Part shown: piece after piece, positions 19,109 to 29,422 of the stretch
Position numbering within the stretch: the first letter of the stretch is position 1
Layout of the letters: each line of letters starts with the position of its first letter
Source of the DNA: Clostridia bacterium
GTDB taxonomy: Bacteria; Bacillota; Clostridia; JAAYHZ01
NCBI GenBank assembly: GCA_050950825.1
Contig: JBMNIH010000011.1
Location: 64,001 to 128,000, forward strand
DNA: 64,000 nucleotides
Direction: 5' to 3'
Translations under genes and position numbers: made by a program
Notes under the pieces: model-generated
Seen by the model: the letters and a program-made list of their open reading frames with translations, nothing else
Database searches by the model: none
What the model was told of the DNA's origin: nothing

Positions 19109-21105
19109 GATAGCGTCAATATACATTCGGAAATAAAAAGAGAGAGTTCACCCTTATGATAAGATTAAATCTTGTCTGTATCATATATCATTTCCATCAA
19201 TTTTTCCACATTTGTTTTTTTAATTGATTATTACACATCACCCTATTTAAGAATTCATGAAGACAATAGCAAATGCACAAGTAAAGTACTCATTTATTCC
19301 ACGGTTCGCTTTACGACGAGCCTCTGCCGGCATGTTTAGTGGCCTCTGCGGCATCTTCCTACAGGGTGAAGCCGGATACGGCTTTGTGTGTTTGATGCCA
19401 GGCAGACAAGCCTAACATGCCGTCTACTCATCGTAAAGCGACTTTCGCGGCATAAAGCCTACCGTCACACGGTTACAAAGTCATAGCGGTTCAAGCTGCT
19501 TATGCGTCCCAAGCCAGTGTGGTCATATTCTTTAGCCACTTCATACTGCTCCTTTCCAAACCATGTATGTGACGTCTGGTATCTTCCGCATACGTCCATT
19601 TTGAATGTCTTCTTCTCAGATCTCTTATCAATTCTTCTTGTGCTTCACGCCTTTCCTTTTGCTTTTTTCGTTGTTTTTGATATTTTAGCAAGTCAAGAAT
19701 CTTACCGCCGTTTCTTTTGTACGCTCTGAGCCTTGCCATGCGGTCGCAACCCAATTCGCTCCATCCCATTGGTCTGCTGCTCATTCTTGCCGACAATACA
19801 TGGCTTATTTGCCCTTCTATGCAATATGTCCAGCCGCTTGTTTCTTCCACTCGGGTTTTTATCCCTTGCCAATGATTTAGAAAATATCTTAACGCATCTT
19901 CCACTTCTTGCTTCTTGTTTTCACTTTCCGTAACCTTCAGGATCTGCTCATAGATATTCTTCAATTCCTTTTTGTCCAAACGATTCAAGGCTCCCCAAAT
20001 CCAGTCTTTCACCTCGTCCGCGCTATCGTAAAGATGCGCCACTGACCTGTTTATATATTTCATCATATGGTATTTATCAAGGACATATTTGCTGTTCTCC
20101 AAATATTCGCATCCTTTTTTTATCCACGAAGCTCCGTCTCCGACTACGTATATTCTCTCAAGATAGTCCGTATCGTATGTTTTTTCTATGTATTCGGCAA
20201 CCTCCATCCAAAGCTTTTCGTTGCCTTTGCCACCCTCGTAAATACCGCAAAAGTATTTTTTTCCGATCAGCTTATATCTGGGATTCTTGGATGCTTCCCC
20301 CGATTCATTGATAATATCCTCGAATACACAAACAAGCTTAGGCATCAGGGTATTAATCTTATGGCCCCTCGCATCTCGCTTCAAATCGCCCTTTTCATTC
20401 CAAAACTGTGCCGCCACATGATCTTCATCGGCTATGACATGAAGCCTTTTTATCTTCTTCTTTCCTTCCGGTTCCGGCATCGGCATGTCCGCCTCAATCT
20501 CATGTACCAGATCCATCACGGCTTGTTTGCTAATGCCTTCTTCCGCTTTTATGCTTGCATTCTCTCCGCCTTTGCGGTAACTGCTGTCTATACTTTCTTC
20601 CAAGGCTCTCGCAGCTGCGCCTAGCGTTACCTTCTGGTGCGGTTCAAATCCGAGCACCTGATCCAAAAGATATACATACTCACCCGTTCCTTTCGCACAA
20701 TATCCGGTTCGGCAGAATTCAACCTTACCCATGACATCTACGATGGTTTTCTTTTTGTTCCTGTGCTCGACATTCCAATACTTTTTTCTCACGCTGCTTT
20801 CTCGTATATCGTTATCAGCTTTCTCGTACAAATCCGCTATAAGGCTGACCGCTAACGTTGACGTAACTTTATTAACGAGTGCAGTCAAATCATCGGCATC
20901 TTTTTTACCTGCCAGAATATCACCCATCATTTTTTCAATTTCGACTAACCCATTTTCAATAAAATGTAGTATACTTTTATACATAGAGGACACCTTCCTT
21001 TGTGATTTTTTGTTTTGGAAATTTAATCATATCACAATCGGGGTCCTCTTTCTATTTGTTATATTCCTCCATTGATTATTATCCGAAACTTACTTTACGC
21101 TAATC
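19109..21105 (-). mobile_element. ISLre2-family insertion sequence
   Basis: Transposase flanked by imperfect terminal IRs: GATAGCGTCAATATACATTCGGA from 19109, versus GATTAGCGTAAAGTAAGTTTCGGA (reverse complement of 21082-21105). No target duplication seen. Confidence 0.75.
19500..20993 (-). CDS. ISLre2-family (UPF0236) DDE transposase
   Basis: IADEDHV, VGDGASWI, LDKYH, IEGQISHVLSARMSSRPMGWS. Confidence 0.9.
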   Translation of the reverse strand: MSSMYKSILHFIENGLVEIEKMMGDILAGKKDADDLTALVNKVTSTLAVSLIADLYEKADNDIRESSVRKKYWNVEHRNKKKTIVDVMGKVEFCRTGYCAKGTGEYVYLLDQVLGFEPHQKVTLGAAARALEESIDSSYRKGGENASIKAEEGISKQAVMDLVHEIEADMPMPEPEGKKKIKRLHVIADEDHVAAQFWNEKGDLKRDARGHKINTLMPKLVCVFEDIINESGEASKNPRYKLIGKKYFCGIYEGGKGNEKLWMEVAEYIEKTYDTDYLERIYVVGDGASWIKKGCEYLENSKYVLDKYHMMKYINRSVAHLYDSADEVKDWIWGALNRLDKKELKNIYEQILKVTESENKKQEVEDALRYFLNHWQGIKTRVEETSGWTYCIEGQISHVLSARMSSRPMGWSELGCDRMARLRAYKRNGGKILDLLKYQKQRKKQKERREAQEELIRDLRRRHSKWTYAEDTRRHIHGLERSSMKWLKNMTTLAWDA

Positions 21106-22352
21106 GGCCTGCGTGAAAATTTATCCTTTGGGGAGATTGCAAAACGACTCGGCAAAGACCGTTCCACCATTTCCAGAGAATTCAGGAAGTATGCTGATAT
21201 CGAAAAGTCCGGCTACGGAGCAGCCGGTTACAACGCCTGTTTTCATCGTCCGAATTGCACGAAAAGCCACGTTTGCAAAGGTGATTGCGGGCGGCAGTCG
21301 GTTAAATACTGCAAGCTGTGCGGCCGATGTAATGATTTTTGTTCGGATTTTGAGGAACAAACCTGTATCATCCGCATGAAACCGCCCTATGTCTGCAACG
21401 GTTGTGAGGAGCGAAACCGCTGTACTCTTGAAAAAACTTTGTACAGCGCAATATCGACACAGAAAGCAGCAGCCAGGAATATTTCTGAGTCTCGCCGTGG
21501 AGTGCTGTCCACTGAGCAGGAATTGACTGTGCTTAACGAATTGGTAACACCGTTGATTTTGCAAGGTCTTTCGGTTCATCAAATATATGCCAACAATGTG
21601 GACAGTATGATGTGCAGTGAAAAGACACTGTATAACTATATGACTGTGGATTCTTTGATGCCCGGAACATTGATTTACCACGAAAAGTCAGGTATCGTCC
21701 ACGCAAGAAAAAGAAAGAGTTCAAAGTGGACAAGGGCTGTTACATAGGGCGTAACTATCCGGATTACCAGTTATTTATGGTAAAAAATCCGGAATACCAC
21801 ACCGTGCAAATGGATTCCGTTATCGGTGCAGTCGGAGGGAAAGTCTTGCTGACGATTCATTTTCCGGATACCGGTTTTATTCTTGCATTCCTGCGAATCT
21901 CCAATACATCCCAATCGGTCATTGATGTTTTCGATAGGCTGTACATTACGCTCGGGAGAAAACTGTTTGAAAGATTATTTCCGGTGCTACTCACCGACAG
22001 AGGTTCTGAGTTTTCTAATCCGGCTGCTTTGGAACGGTCGCCAGACGGAATCCTGCGAGCCCATGTCTTCTACTGCGACCCGAACGCACCATTTCAAAAG
22101 GGTTCGCTTGAGGTCAATCACGAGTTGATTCGCCGGATTTTGCCGAAAGGCACGAGCTTTGACAACTTGGAACAGGCTGACATTGACCGGATGATGAACC
22201 ATATTAATTCCTACAAGCGTAAAAAGTTGAACAACAAAACTCCCTTTGAAGCCTTTGAATTTTATTATGGGAAAGAGCTTTTTGGAAAACTCTGTTATGA
22301 GCAAATTCCGTCTAACAATATTATTTTAACGCCAAAACTGTTAAAACGATAA
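21106..22352 (+). pseudogene. IS30-family transposase, 5'-truncated with two frameshifts
   Basis: HTH (EIAKRLGKDRSTISRE), Cys-rich region, KPPYVCNGC, SEKTLYNY, DLPRKVRYRPR, QMDSVIG, LTDRGSEF, QKGSLEVNHELIRRILPKG. Frameshifts near 21130 and 21640. Confidence 0.85.
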
Positions 22353-22495
22353 TCAAAAAAACATTTGAATTTATGGGCCGGGATATTTGAAACATCTTGT
22401 GGTTTTGGGGTTGCGTTTTGTATTGCCAAAATTTTGCTGTAGTCGTTACCTCTATTTTAACATGCTCATTTCTTACGATTGATTAACAAAATCTA

Positions 22496-22635
22496 TTGCA
22501 TTACGTTTGCAAATCGTGCGTTTCGATTACATATGTTGCATTTCATTTACGAATTGGGTTTTTGACTTTGCAAATTTGCGTTTCGTTTGCAATTGTTGCG
22601 ATTCGTCTTTTAAATGTGACATTATGTTTTACAAT
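22496..22635. repeat. Seven degenerate 20-bp tandem repeats at the presumed IS30 right end
   Basis: Units at 22496, 22516, 22536, 22556, 22576, 22596, 22616; consensus about TTGCGTTTCGTTTGCAAATG. An isolated copy lies at 22411. Confidence 0.65.
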
Positions 22636-22858
22636 TAAGCAATATATTCGATGAGGTAAGGCGTGCAATTTTCGTCATCCAACCGAAAAACGACATGAAA
22701 GGTATATAATCGATTCCAAAAATCATGAGACATGGGATAATAGCCCGCTTTAACCGTGGCAACCATGAACAATTGCTTAGGAGTGACCGCAACTTTCAGC
22801 CCGGTGCAAAAAGGGCTTTATGCAACCATGTATGAAAAACAAAGCAAAGCATACACAT

Positions 22859-22896
22859 AAAAACAGTGTAAGAGACGGATCCCCTACACTGTTTTT
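22859..22896 (-). terminator. Rho-independent terminator after AGE epimerase (possibly bidirectional)
   Basis: AAAAACAGTGTA / TACACTGTTTTT perfect 12-bp stem. Confidence 0.7.
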
Positions 22897-22917
22897 CTAC
22901 GGTTACCGCTATATATT

Positions 22918-24105
22918 TTATTCATCCTTCATTTTTTTCAAAATCTTCGAGCAAAGAAGCAGGGCTCTCGGTAAATGGAAGGGTCCTTTCCATAAGGAGC
23001 CTTTCAATGTGTTGGACACGGTTCCGTCGCGGTGAAGATATCCGAACCATTCCCCGTATTCCTTGTCCGCAAACCGGTCGAAGGAGTATTCGTGGATTTT
23101 GTTAAACCAATCCGCATATTTCGGATCCTTCGTAATATCGTATGCAAGAAGGAGGGCATATAGAGCTTCCGTATGAGGCCACCACAGCTTCATATCCCAT
23201 TCCAATTGCTCCGCAGGCTTTCCTTCGATGTCCACAAAGTACAAAATACCGCCGTACACCTTGTCCCAACCGATATCCAAGGACCAATCCAAAATTTCAA
23301 TAGCGCGGTCAATTAAGCTTTGATCGTTCCGGTACAGGCCTTCATGGATCAAAAACCACACGGTTTCAATGGAGTGTCCCGGATTGATGCATCTTCCTTG
23401 GGGCGAATCCAGTCTTTCTCCGTTTTCCCCTACGGTTTCGAAGAGGGCTTTTTCACCGGGCTTCACAAAATCACGAAAAATGGTATCGGTCATCTCTTTT
23501 GCAAGCTCGTCCAACAAGGGATCCTTGTCAACTTCCCTCAACACCTGAATGGTGGATAGCAAAATCATCGGTAAAGACAAGCCCTTGGTTCTTCTTGTTT
23601 TCGGATTGATTTTCGGAACGGTCTTCGAAGGATCCTTGTAAAGGTCCACGACTCTTAAGAAAGTATCCTTTGCCAATTTCAGCGCTTCCTCGTCGCCGGT
23701 GGCTTTATAGTATTCGGCGCAAGCGATAATGGCGAAGGTTTCGCTGAACATGTACCGTCTTTTTTGAAGAGGACGCCCGTCTCGGGTGACGGTGAAAAAC
23801 ATACGCTTGTCCTCGTCGTAGCAGTACTTTACAAGAAAATCGTACCCGAGCTGTGCCGCATCGAGCCATTCTTCTTTTTTCTCAACGTCGTTGTAAAGCT
23901 TGGAAAACATCCACGTGCCTCTTCCCTGAAACCATACGGACTTATCCGTGTTGTACACGTTCCCTTTCCTGTCCAAGCAGGTAAGGTATCCGCCGTACTC
24001 GCGGTCCAAAGCATGATTCATCCAAAAGGGGATGCAATTGTCGAGCAAAAAGGATTCGTAATGCTCGTACAAGTTCGTTAAGGTTTTCTTATCGATATGT
24101 ACCAC
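22918..24105 (-). CDS. N-acylglucosamine 2-epimerase (AGE family)
   Basis: DREYGGYLTCLDR, KSVWFQGR, NPGHSIE, KLWWPHTE, GEWFGYLHRDG, KGPFHLPR. Confidence 0.92.
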   Translation of the reverse strand: MVHIDKKTLTNLYEHYESFLLDNCIPFWMNHALDREYGGYLTCLDRKGNVYNTDKSVWFQGRGTWMFSKLYNDVEKKEEWLDAAQLGYDFLVKYCYDEDKRMFFTVTRDGRPLQKRRYMFSETFAIIACAEYYKATGDEEALKLAKDTFLRVVDLYKDPSKTVPKINPKTRRTKGLSLPMILLSTIQVLREVDKDPLLDELAKEMTDTIFRDFVKPGEKALFETVGENGERLDSPQGRCINPGHSIETVWFLIHEGLYRNDQSLIDRAIEILDWSLDIGWDKVYGGILYFVDIEGKPAEQLEWDMKLWWPHTEALYALLLAYDITKDPKYADWFNKIHEYSFDRFADKEYGEWFGYLHRDGTVSNTLKGSLWKGPFHLPRALLLCSKILKKMKDE

Positions 24106-24305
24106 CTCTTTACTATACTTTTAATAACTTGGAATCAATACCTATCATACCGGATATATGAAAATAAGAAAATACGTTAATGTCACCGGGGAAAGAGAAT
24201 CCGGCTTGATCTTATATAAAAAAATAAAATAACCGACCGTTGTATGTGATAATATCGTTAAGTAAGAAAGCATTTGAAGACGTATTATGAAAAGGATGAA
24301 CCGTC

Positions 24306-24657
24306 ATGATAATCAAATTTCTCGGCATGAACATATCTTTAAAGGATCCGAAAAGGCTCGCTTTATTTTATCGGGATGTGTCGGGACTTCCCATGTTGAA
24401 TGAAAGCCCCGACTACGACGGTGTGACCTTTGGCAACAGTAACAAGGAGCCGGTTTTATGGATTTGGGATGAAAGCAAACGGGGCAGAGCAAACGAAGGT
24501 GCCGTATGCCGTGTATTTCATTGCGATGATCATGACAAAACCTACGAGGAGCTAAAGCAAAAGGGTGTTGACCTTGATTCCCCTAAAACAGCCGTATGGG
24601 GCGGAAAAAGAGCTTTATGTGAAGGATCCGGACGGAAATACCGTTTTGATTCTGTAG
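24306..24657 (+). pseudogene. VOC/glyoxalase-family protein with a frameshift near the C-terminus
   Basis: LALFYRDVSGL...DDHDKTYEELKQKGV...WGG. Removing one A from the A5 run (24605-24609) restores KELYVKDPDGNTVLIL* ending at 24657. Confidence 0.7.
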
Positions 24658-24737
24658 GCTTCACAAAGAGCCTCATGGGATACATATAAAAATCTTAGGG
24701 AAAGGATGCATGGATTTTAAAAACATGCGAGGAACTT

Positions 24738-27700
24738 ATGAAAAACAAGAAGCGCAACCGAAGGGAAGTTTTTAAAAGCTTAAAAAATCCGGGAGACGTT
24801 ATCCGCATAGCGGATCGAAACGAACAAATACCGACGGGGGCAGATGACCTTTTCTGCTTTGTTCTGCCGAAACCCGTCGAAAAAGAAGAAGCGAAGGCTC
24901 TTTTTCAAAGCCTTCCGGAATACCCTGTCAACAAACGATTTTACACGGGTGAAAGCCTCGATATCCAAGATACTTTTCGAATCTTTGCGGATCCTATAAG
25001 GATCCATATCCAAACCAAGTTCGTAAACAAAAAAGGCTTCGGAAAATCCTTATGCAAAAAGCATATCCTGCTTTTTGCCGTCGGTCAAAGCAGCGATGAA
25101 ATCTACAGCACGGAATTCGATTTTATGTCCGAGCAAAAAGTTCATATTACTTACGGACCTATCAGCGGTATCGGGTTTTCCCATTACCCTTTGCAAATCG
25201 ACGATGCGGACATTCAAGAAACGGATTACGGGTATGTAGGATACGTTTCTTTTCCTTGGAATCGTCTTTCCGTCGATCTTTCCGAAATCCGGTTTAACGT
25301 ATTGAGGGTCGATTGGGGTGCCCATCCCATGACCTCCTTTATCCCCGTGGCTCATTCTTCATTTGTCCACACTCCGAAATCTCCCGTCCGGGTTATGATT
25401 CTTATGCAAAACCAAGGCCGTATGGCGCCTCTACGCCCGACGGAAAACCTGACCAAGCAAAGGAGCGGCTCTTTTGTAACCATGCACCGGGTTCGCGACA
25501 GGCTTTTTCAAATATCCGGACTTGATGAAAGACAAAAAAAGAAGCTGACCCTCCTATCCCCGAAGGGTATCGAAACGGAGCTTTTAGCCGATTATACTTT
25601 TTCTGAAGGAAAAGTCGTCGCAAGCTTTCTTCTTCCCTACTTGTCCGAGGAGGGCTTGTACCGAATACGATATAATGACGAATCCGTCCTGTATTTTGAC
25701 AAACGAGACGCCGTCGAATCGATTTACAGCCGTATCGATGAGACGGATGAGCAAAGCCTTGAAAAAATATCCGTTGACATTGAAAACATAAGCGAAAAGG
25801 CGAAAAAAATGCTTCAAATCGTACCTCCCTACTCCGGGCTGGAAAACGTCCCGGATCCTAAGGATACGAGCCTTCGCCCCTATATGCTCTTTCGATACGA
25901 TTTGGATAATCCCCAAAAAATCATTTCCATTAAAACCGGGGACGCTTATCCCGACGACAATTATCCGGAGGATCATGCAACCGTTATCGACAACGGGACG
26001 GGAAAGCGGATCGAATACCCCTATTATGTATCCGAGGACGGTTTTGATTTGTACCTTACGCCCGGCCTTTGGGCAAACCAAAAAGTCTATATCTGCCGCC
26101 ATGTATCGGAGCTTGCGGACGAAGACCCGGCAGGTGCCGCCCTCGTCCTTTACAAGCTTGCATCCTGCTACAAGGACTATGCTCCCGCCGTAGACTACTA
26201 CTACATCAATTACCCGATATCAAAAGCGGCGGGTCCTCCCTACCCGTATTTCGGCGGCTTGTGGTCACGGTGGTTCTACCACGAGCCGGTTTACATGGCG
26301 GGGATTGCGGAAGCTTACGCCAAAATCAAAAAAACGGATGCCTTTGAAAAGCTCAAAGAAAAATACAACGAGGATATGGAAAACCTTATCCTCTATATGA
26401 TTAAGGACACGGTTAGCTTTATCGAATCCTACGGTATGTGTAACGGGAACATGGACCCTGCCGAATGGATCGGCCTTATACGGATCGGACAGGCCTTAAA
26501 CCGCTGCGACTATATACTGGACGTTTTGGATCGCATCCGTGAATTCATACAAGTCAACTTCATGTTCGACGGCTTTTGGAAAGAAACCACCCTGTCCTAC
26601 CACGACAACGTGGTGAAGGGACTCTTGCAAGCCTTTTCCCGGATCAACAAAGACTCGGAAAATATTTTAAAAGGGTTTCCCGTGCTGCAAAAAGCGATGG
26701 ATATAACGAGGAGGCTGGTGTATCCTAACGGGAAATTTATCCCCGTTCAAGATACCCACTTGTCCGAGATTCATGAGGTTTCGGACATCGTCTTTGAAAA
26801 CTTTCTTCTGCCTTGCTCCAAGATTGTCCGTTTAGCGGGACCCAAAGGAGAAAACCACACGCAAATCGTTTTCCTTGCGGAACCCAAATACGGTCACAAC
26901 CACTTGGATGCTCTGAGCTTCAATCTGTTTTCCCGAGGCGTGGAAATGATCCCGGACTACGGTTACACCCATACAAGCTACCGCTACTGGACCCTCAGCA
27001 CGTTAGGCCATAACACGACGGTTGTAGACGAGAAAGATTCCAAAAACCAAAGCGGCGGCAATCTTTTACAGTACGTACCGGCATCCTTCGGAACCGTAGG
27101 TCTGGTAAGAGGCGCCGACCCCTTCTGCTACGAAGAGGCTTCGGTCTACGACAGGCAAATCGTAACGGTGCCCGGCGAAAACGGGGATATCGGATATACG
27201 GTCGATATTTTCCGTGTAGAAGGCGGAAAAAGACACGAATACACGTTAAACCTTTGCTTGGATTATGACATCGTAACCTCTTGTTCCTTAAATTTGGACG
27301 GCTACAGCGAAACCCTGCTTCCGGAAGACGTCCGCTATGAAAAGCCCATGGAAGAATTATCGAAGGGCTATGCGGAAGGCCGGTACACGGCATACATGTT
27401 CGTAAAGGACGTAAAATACGGTAGTATCGAAAACCGACCTTATCTTGTCTCTTACGTCATCAAGGATAAGGAACACGAAGGAAAAGGCATTCATATCCAC
27501 GGAGTACCTTCGGAGGGTGTCCTCATGATAGGGAAAGCCCCCTCCATGAGGGATACGAGAATTTCCTTCGCTTACGATTTAAACGACCGAAAAGATAACC
27601 ATTGGTCGGATAAATTGGTCATCCGAAAGGAAGGCGACAATTTAAAATCCTCCTTTGTCCATGTGTTTGAGCCCTTCGGCAATAACGAAAAAACGGTTGT

Positions 27701-28259
27701 GAGAAAGGTTGAAAAGCTCTTAAAGGATCCGGCCGACGAAAAGGACGTATTGATAAAAATAACCTGCGAAGGTTATACGGACTACCTGTTCAGTGCATAC
27801 GATACCATGGAAATGACCTATGACGGAATCGTTTTTACCGGCTCTTTCGGATTCGTACGGATGAAAAACGAAAAAGCGGTTTTCATGCAAGTCCTCAAAG
27901 GAAGCGTAAAAACAAAGAATGCGCTGCTTTCCAAAGAAGCCTCCTACTCCGGTATCGTTGAAGAATGCCGATCTCGTAAAGAAGGCCATGGCGCAAACGG
28001 CTTTATCGTAAACGAGCCCATACCGGAAGAAAAGGACTTAAAAACCGTCATCATCCGGCACCCGGACGGTTCCGTTCACGCATACACCGTCGAAGGCATT
28101 AAAAAGCTCCAAGGAAAAACACTCGTTGATATCGGCGATACGGACCCCGGCTTTACCGTAATAAACGAAAAGCGGTCAAAAATGCAGAGCTTTCCTTTCT
28201 ATCAATGGGAAGGCGAAACGAAATATGTCATTGACGAAACAGGGTTTTTAAGGCCGTAA
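24738..28259 (+). CDS. Heparinase II/III-family protein (no signal peptide)
   Basis: FDGFWKETTLSYH, GHNHLDALSFNL, MIPDYGYTH, TLGHNTTVVD, YTVDIFRVEGG. Confidence 0.8.
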   Translation: MKNKKRNRREVFKSLKNPGDVIRIADRNEQIPTGADDLFCFVLPKPVEKEEAKALFQSLPEYPVNKRFYTGESLDIQDTFRIFADPIRIHIQTKFVNKKGFGKSLCKKHILLFAVGQSSDEIYSTEFDFMSEQKVHITYGPISGIGFSHYPLQIDDADIQETDYGYVGYVSFPWNRLSVDLSEIRFNVLRVDWGAHPMTSFIPVAHSSFVHTPKSPVRVMILMQNQGRMAPLRPTENLTKQRSGSFVTMHRVRDRLFQISGLDERQKKKLTLLSPKGIETELLADYTFSEGKVVASFLLPYLSEEGLYRIRYNDESVLYFDKRDAVESIYSRIDETDEQSLEKISVDIENISEKAKKMLQIVPPYSGLENVPDPKDTSLRPYMLFRYDLDNPQKIISIKTGDAYPDDNYPEDHATVIDNGTGKRIEYPYYVSEDGFDLYLTPGLWANQKVYICRHVSELADEDPAGAALVLYKLASCYKDYAPAVDYYYINYPISKAAGPPYPYFGGLWSRWFYHEPVYMAGIAEAYAKIKKTDAFEKLKEKYNEDMENLILYMIKDTVSFIESYGMCNGNMDPAEWIGLIRIGQALNRCDYILDVLDRIREFIQVNFMFDGFWKETTLSYHDNVVKGLLQAFSRINKDSENILKGFPVLQKAMDITRRLVYPNGKFIPVQDTHLSEIHEVSDIVFENFLLPCSKIVRLAGPKGENHTQIVFLAEPKYGHNHLDALSFNLFSRGVEMIPDYGYTHTSYRYWTLSTLGHNTTVVDEKDSKNQSGGNLLQYVPASFGTVGLVRGADPFCYEEASVYDRQIVTVPGENGDIGYTVDIFRVEGGKRHEYTLNLCLDYDIVTSCSLNLDGYSETLLPEDVRYEKPMEELSKGYAEGRYTAYMFVKDVKYGSIENRPYLVSYVIKDKEHEGKGIHIHGVPSEGVLMIGKAPSMRDTRISFAYDLNDRKDNHWSDKLVIRKEGDNLKSSFVHVFEPFGNNEKTVVRKVEKLLKDPADEKDVLIKITCEGYTDYLFSAYDTMEMTYDGIVFTGSFGFVRMKNEKAVFMQVLKGSVKTKNALLSKEASYSGIVEECRSRKEGHGANGFIVNEPIPEEKDLKTVIIRHPDGSVHAYTVEGIKKLQGKTLVDIGDTDPGFTVINEKRSKMQSFPFYQWEGETKYVIDETGFLRP

Positions 28260-28276
28260 AGAGGCCAAAAGGCTTG

Positions 28277-28310
28277 AAACGCCGTGTCTTACAAAGCACG
28301 GCGTTTTTTT
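28277..28310 (+). terminator. Rho-independent terminator
   Basis: AAACGCCGTG / CACGGCGTTT stem ending in a T7 tract. Confidence 0.8.
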
Positions 28311-28439
28311 GCTTGATTTTTTCTAAAGGATCATAAGATATTGCAAAGAAACGGATTGATAAATATTTAACTATATTGTATAATGAGATTGTTAAATTAT
28401 TATCATATAGATATATATAACTATCGGGAGGTCTTGATT

Positions 28440-29198
28440 ATGAAACTGAAAGGAAAAGTAGCCGTTGTTACCGGTGCCAGTGCGGGTATCGGAAAAGATA
28501 TCGCGTATCAATATGCCAAAGAAGGCGCAAAGGTTTTGGCCGTGGCAAGACGAGCCGAAAGGCTCCGGGAGCTTGCGGAAAGCGCAAAAGGCTTAGAAGG
28601 CGAAATCATTCCCTTTGCCGCCGATATGACGGATAAAAACCAAGTCGTTGCCATGATTGATGAAGCGATAAAAAGATTCGGAACCATCGATATTCTCGTA
28701 AACAACGCGGGAATCATGGACGATTTCAGCCCTGCAGGCGATGCGGAGGACGATATGTGGGACAAAGTGATCAAGGTGAACTTAAGCGCTCCTTTTTATT
28801 CCACCAAGCATGCCGTCCGTCACTTTTTGCAAAACGGCGGAGGCGTGATCATTAACGTAGCCTCCATCGGCGGGCTTTGCGGTTCGAGAGCCGGCGCCGC
28901 CTATACCGCTTCGAAGCACGGTTTGGTAGGGTTAACGAAGAACACCGCTTCCATGTACGCTAACAAGGGTATCCGCTGCAACGCCATTTGCCCCGGCGGA
29001 GTCGAAACGGAAATTTTTACACAAGACTATATGCAGAACATTAACAAAGAAGGAATGAATATCGCCGTACAAGGTCCTCCCGTTCGAATGGGCAAAGGTC
29101 ATGAGATTGCATCCGTTGCGGTGTTTCTCGCAAGCGAAGATGCAAGCTATGTCAACGGACTGTGCATGGCCGTTGACGGCGGCTTGACGGCCCACTGA
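28440..29198 (+). CDS. SDR family oxidoreductase
   Basis: TGASAGIG, LVNNAG, YTASK, NAICPG. Start at 28440 behind GGAGG. Confidence 0.92.
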   Translation: MKLKGKVAVVTGASAGIGKDIAYQYAKEGAKVLAVARRAERLRELAESAKGLEGEIIPFAADMTDKNQVVAMIDEAIKRFGTIDILVNNAGIMDDFSPAGDAEDDMWDKVIKVNLSAPFYSTKHAVRHFLQNGGGVIINVASIGGLCGSRAGAAYTASKHGLVGLTKNTASMYANKGIRCNAICPGGVETEIFTQDYMQNINKEGMNIAVQGPPVRMGKGHEIASVAVFLASEDASYVNGLCMAVDGGLTAH

Positions 29199-29235
29199 TC
29201 TATTTGATAACTAAAATTTTATTACCCCCTTCAGA

Positions 29236-29266
29236 AAACAGGAGTCATTCTCCTGTTTCTTTATTT
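29236..29266 (+). terminator. Rho-independent terminator
   Basis: AAACAGGAG / CTCCTGTTT stem followed by a T-rich tail. Confidence 0.6.
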
Positions 29267-29368
29267 TAAGAAATTCACCATTTATCCCTTTACCGGACGA
29301 AGACTCTTTTGGGGGTGGTATAATGAACCGGAACGGAAAAGATTTTTTTAAAAAAAATGAAATTTAAA

Positions 29369-29395
29369 TGAACCTTTCCTTTGCTTCGATTGTAT
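29369..29395 (+). promoter_or_regulatory. Putative autoregulated ECF sigma promoter
   Basis: TGAACC-N16-TGTA directly upstream of the ECF sigma gene; resembles the SigW-type TGAAAC-N16-CGTA. Confidence 0.5.
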
Positions 29396-29422
29396 ATGTA
29401 TGCGAGAGGAGGCTTTAAAAGG

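Noticed and set aside
19009-19119. N-terminal extension of the beta-CASP ORF
   Set aside because: Covers the promoter and IS end; the MBL fold starts at MKLIFCGG.
22496-22635. CRISPR array
   Set aside because: Units are contiguous and degenerate with no unique spacers; no cas genes in the window.
22641-22830. Open minus-strand stretch next to the IS30 end
   Set aside because: No credible start or RBS and no recognisable family.
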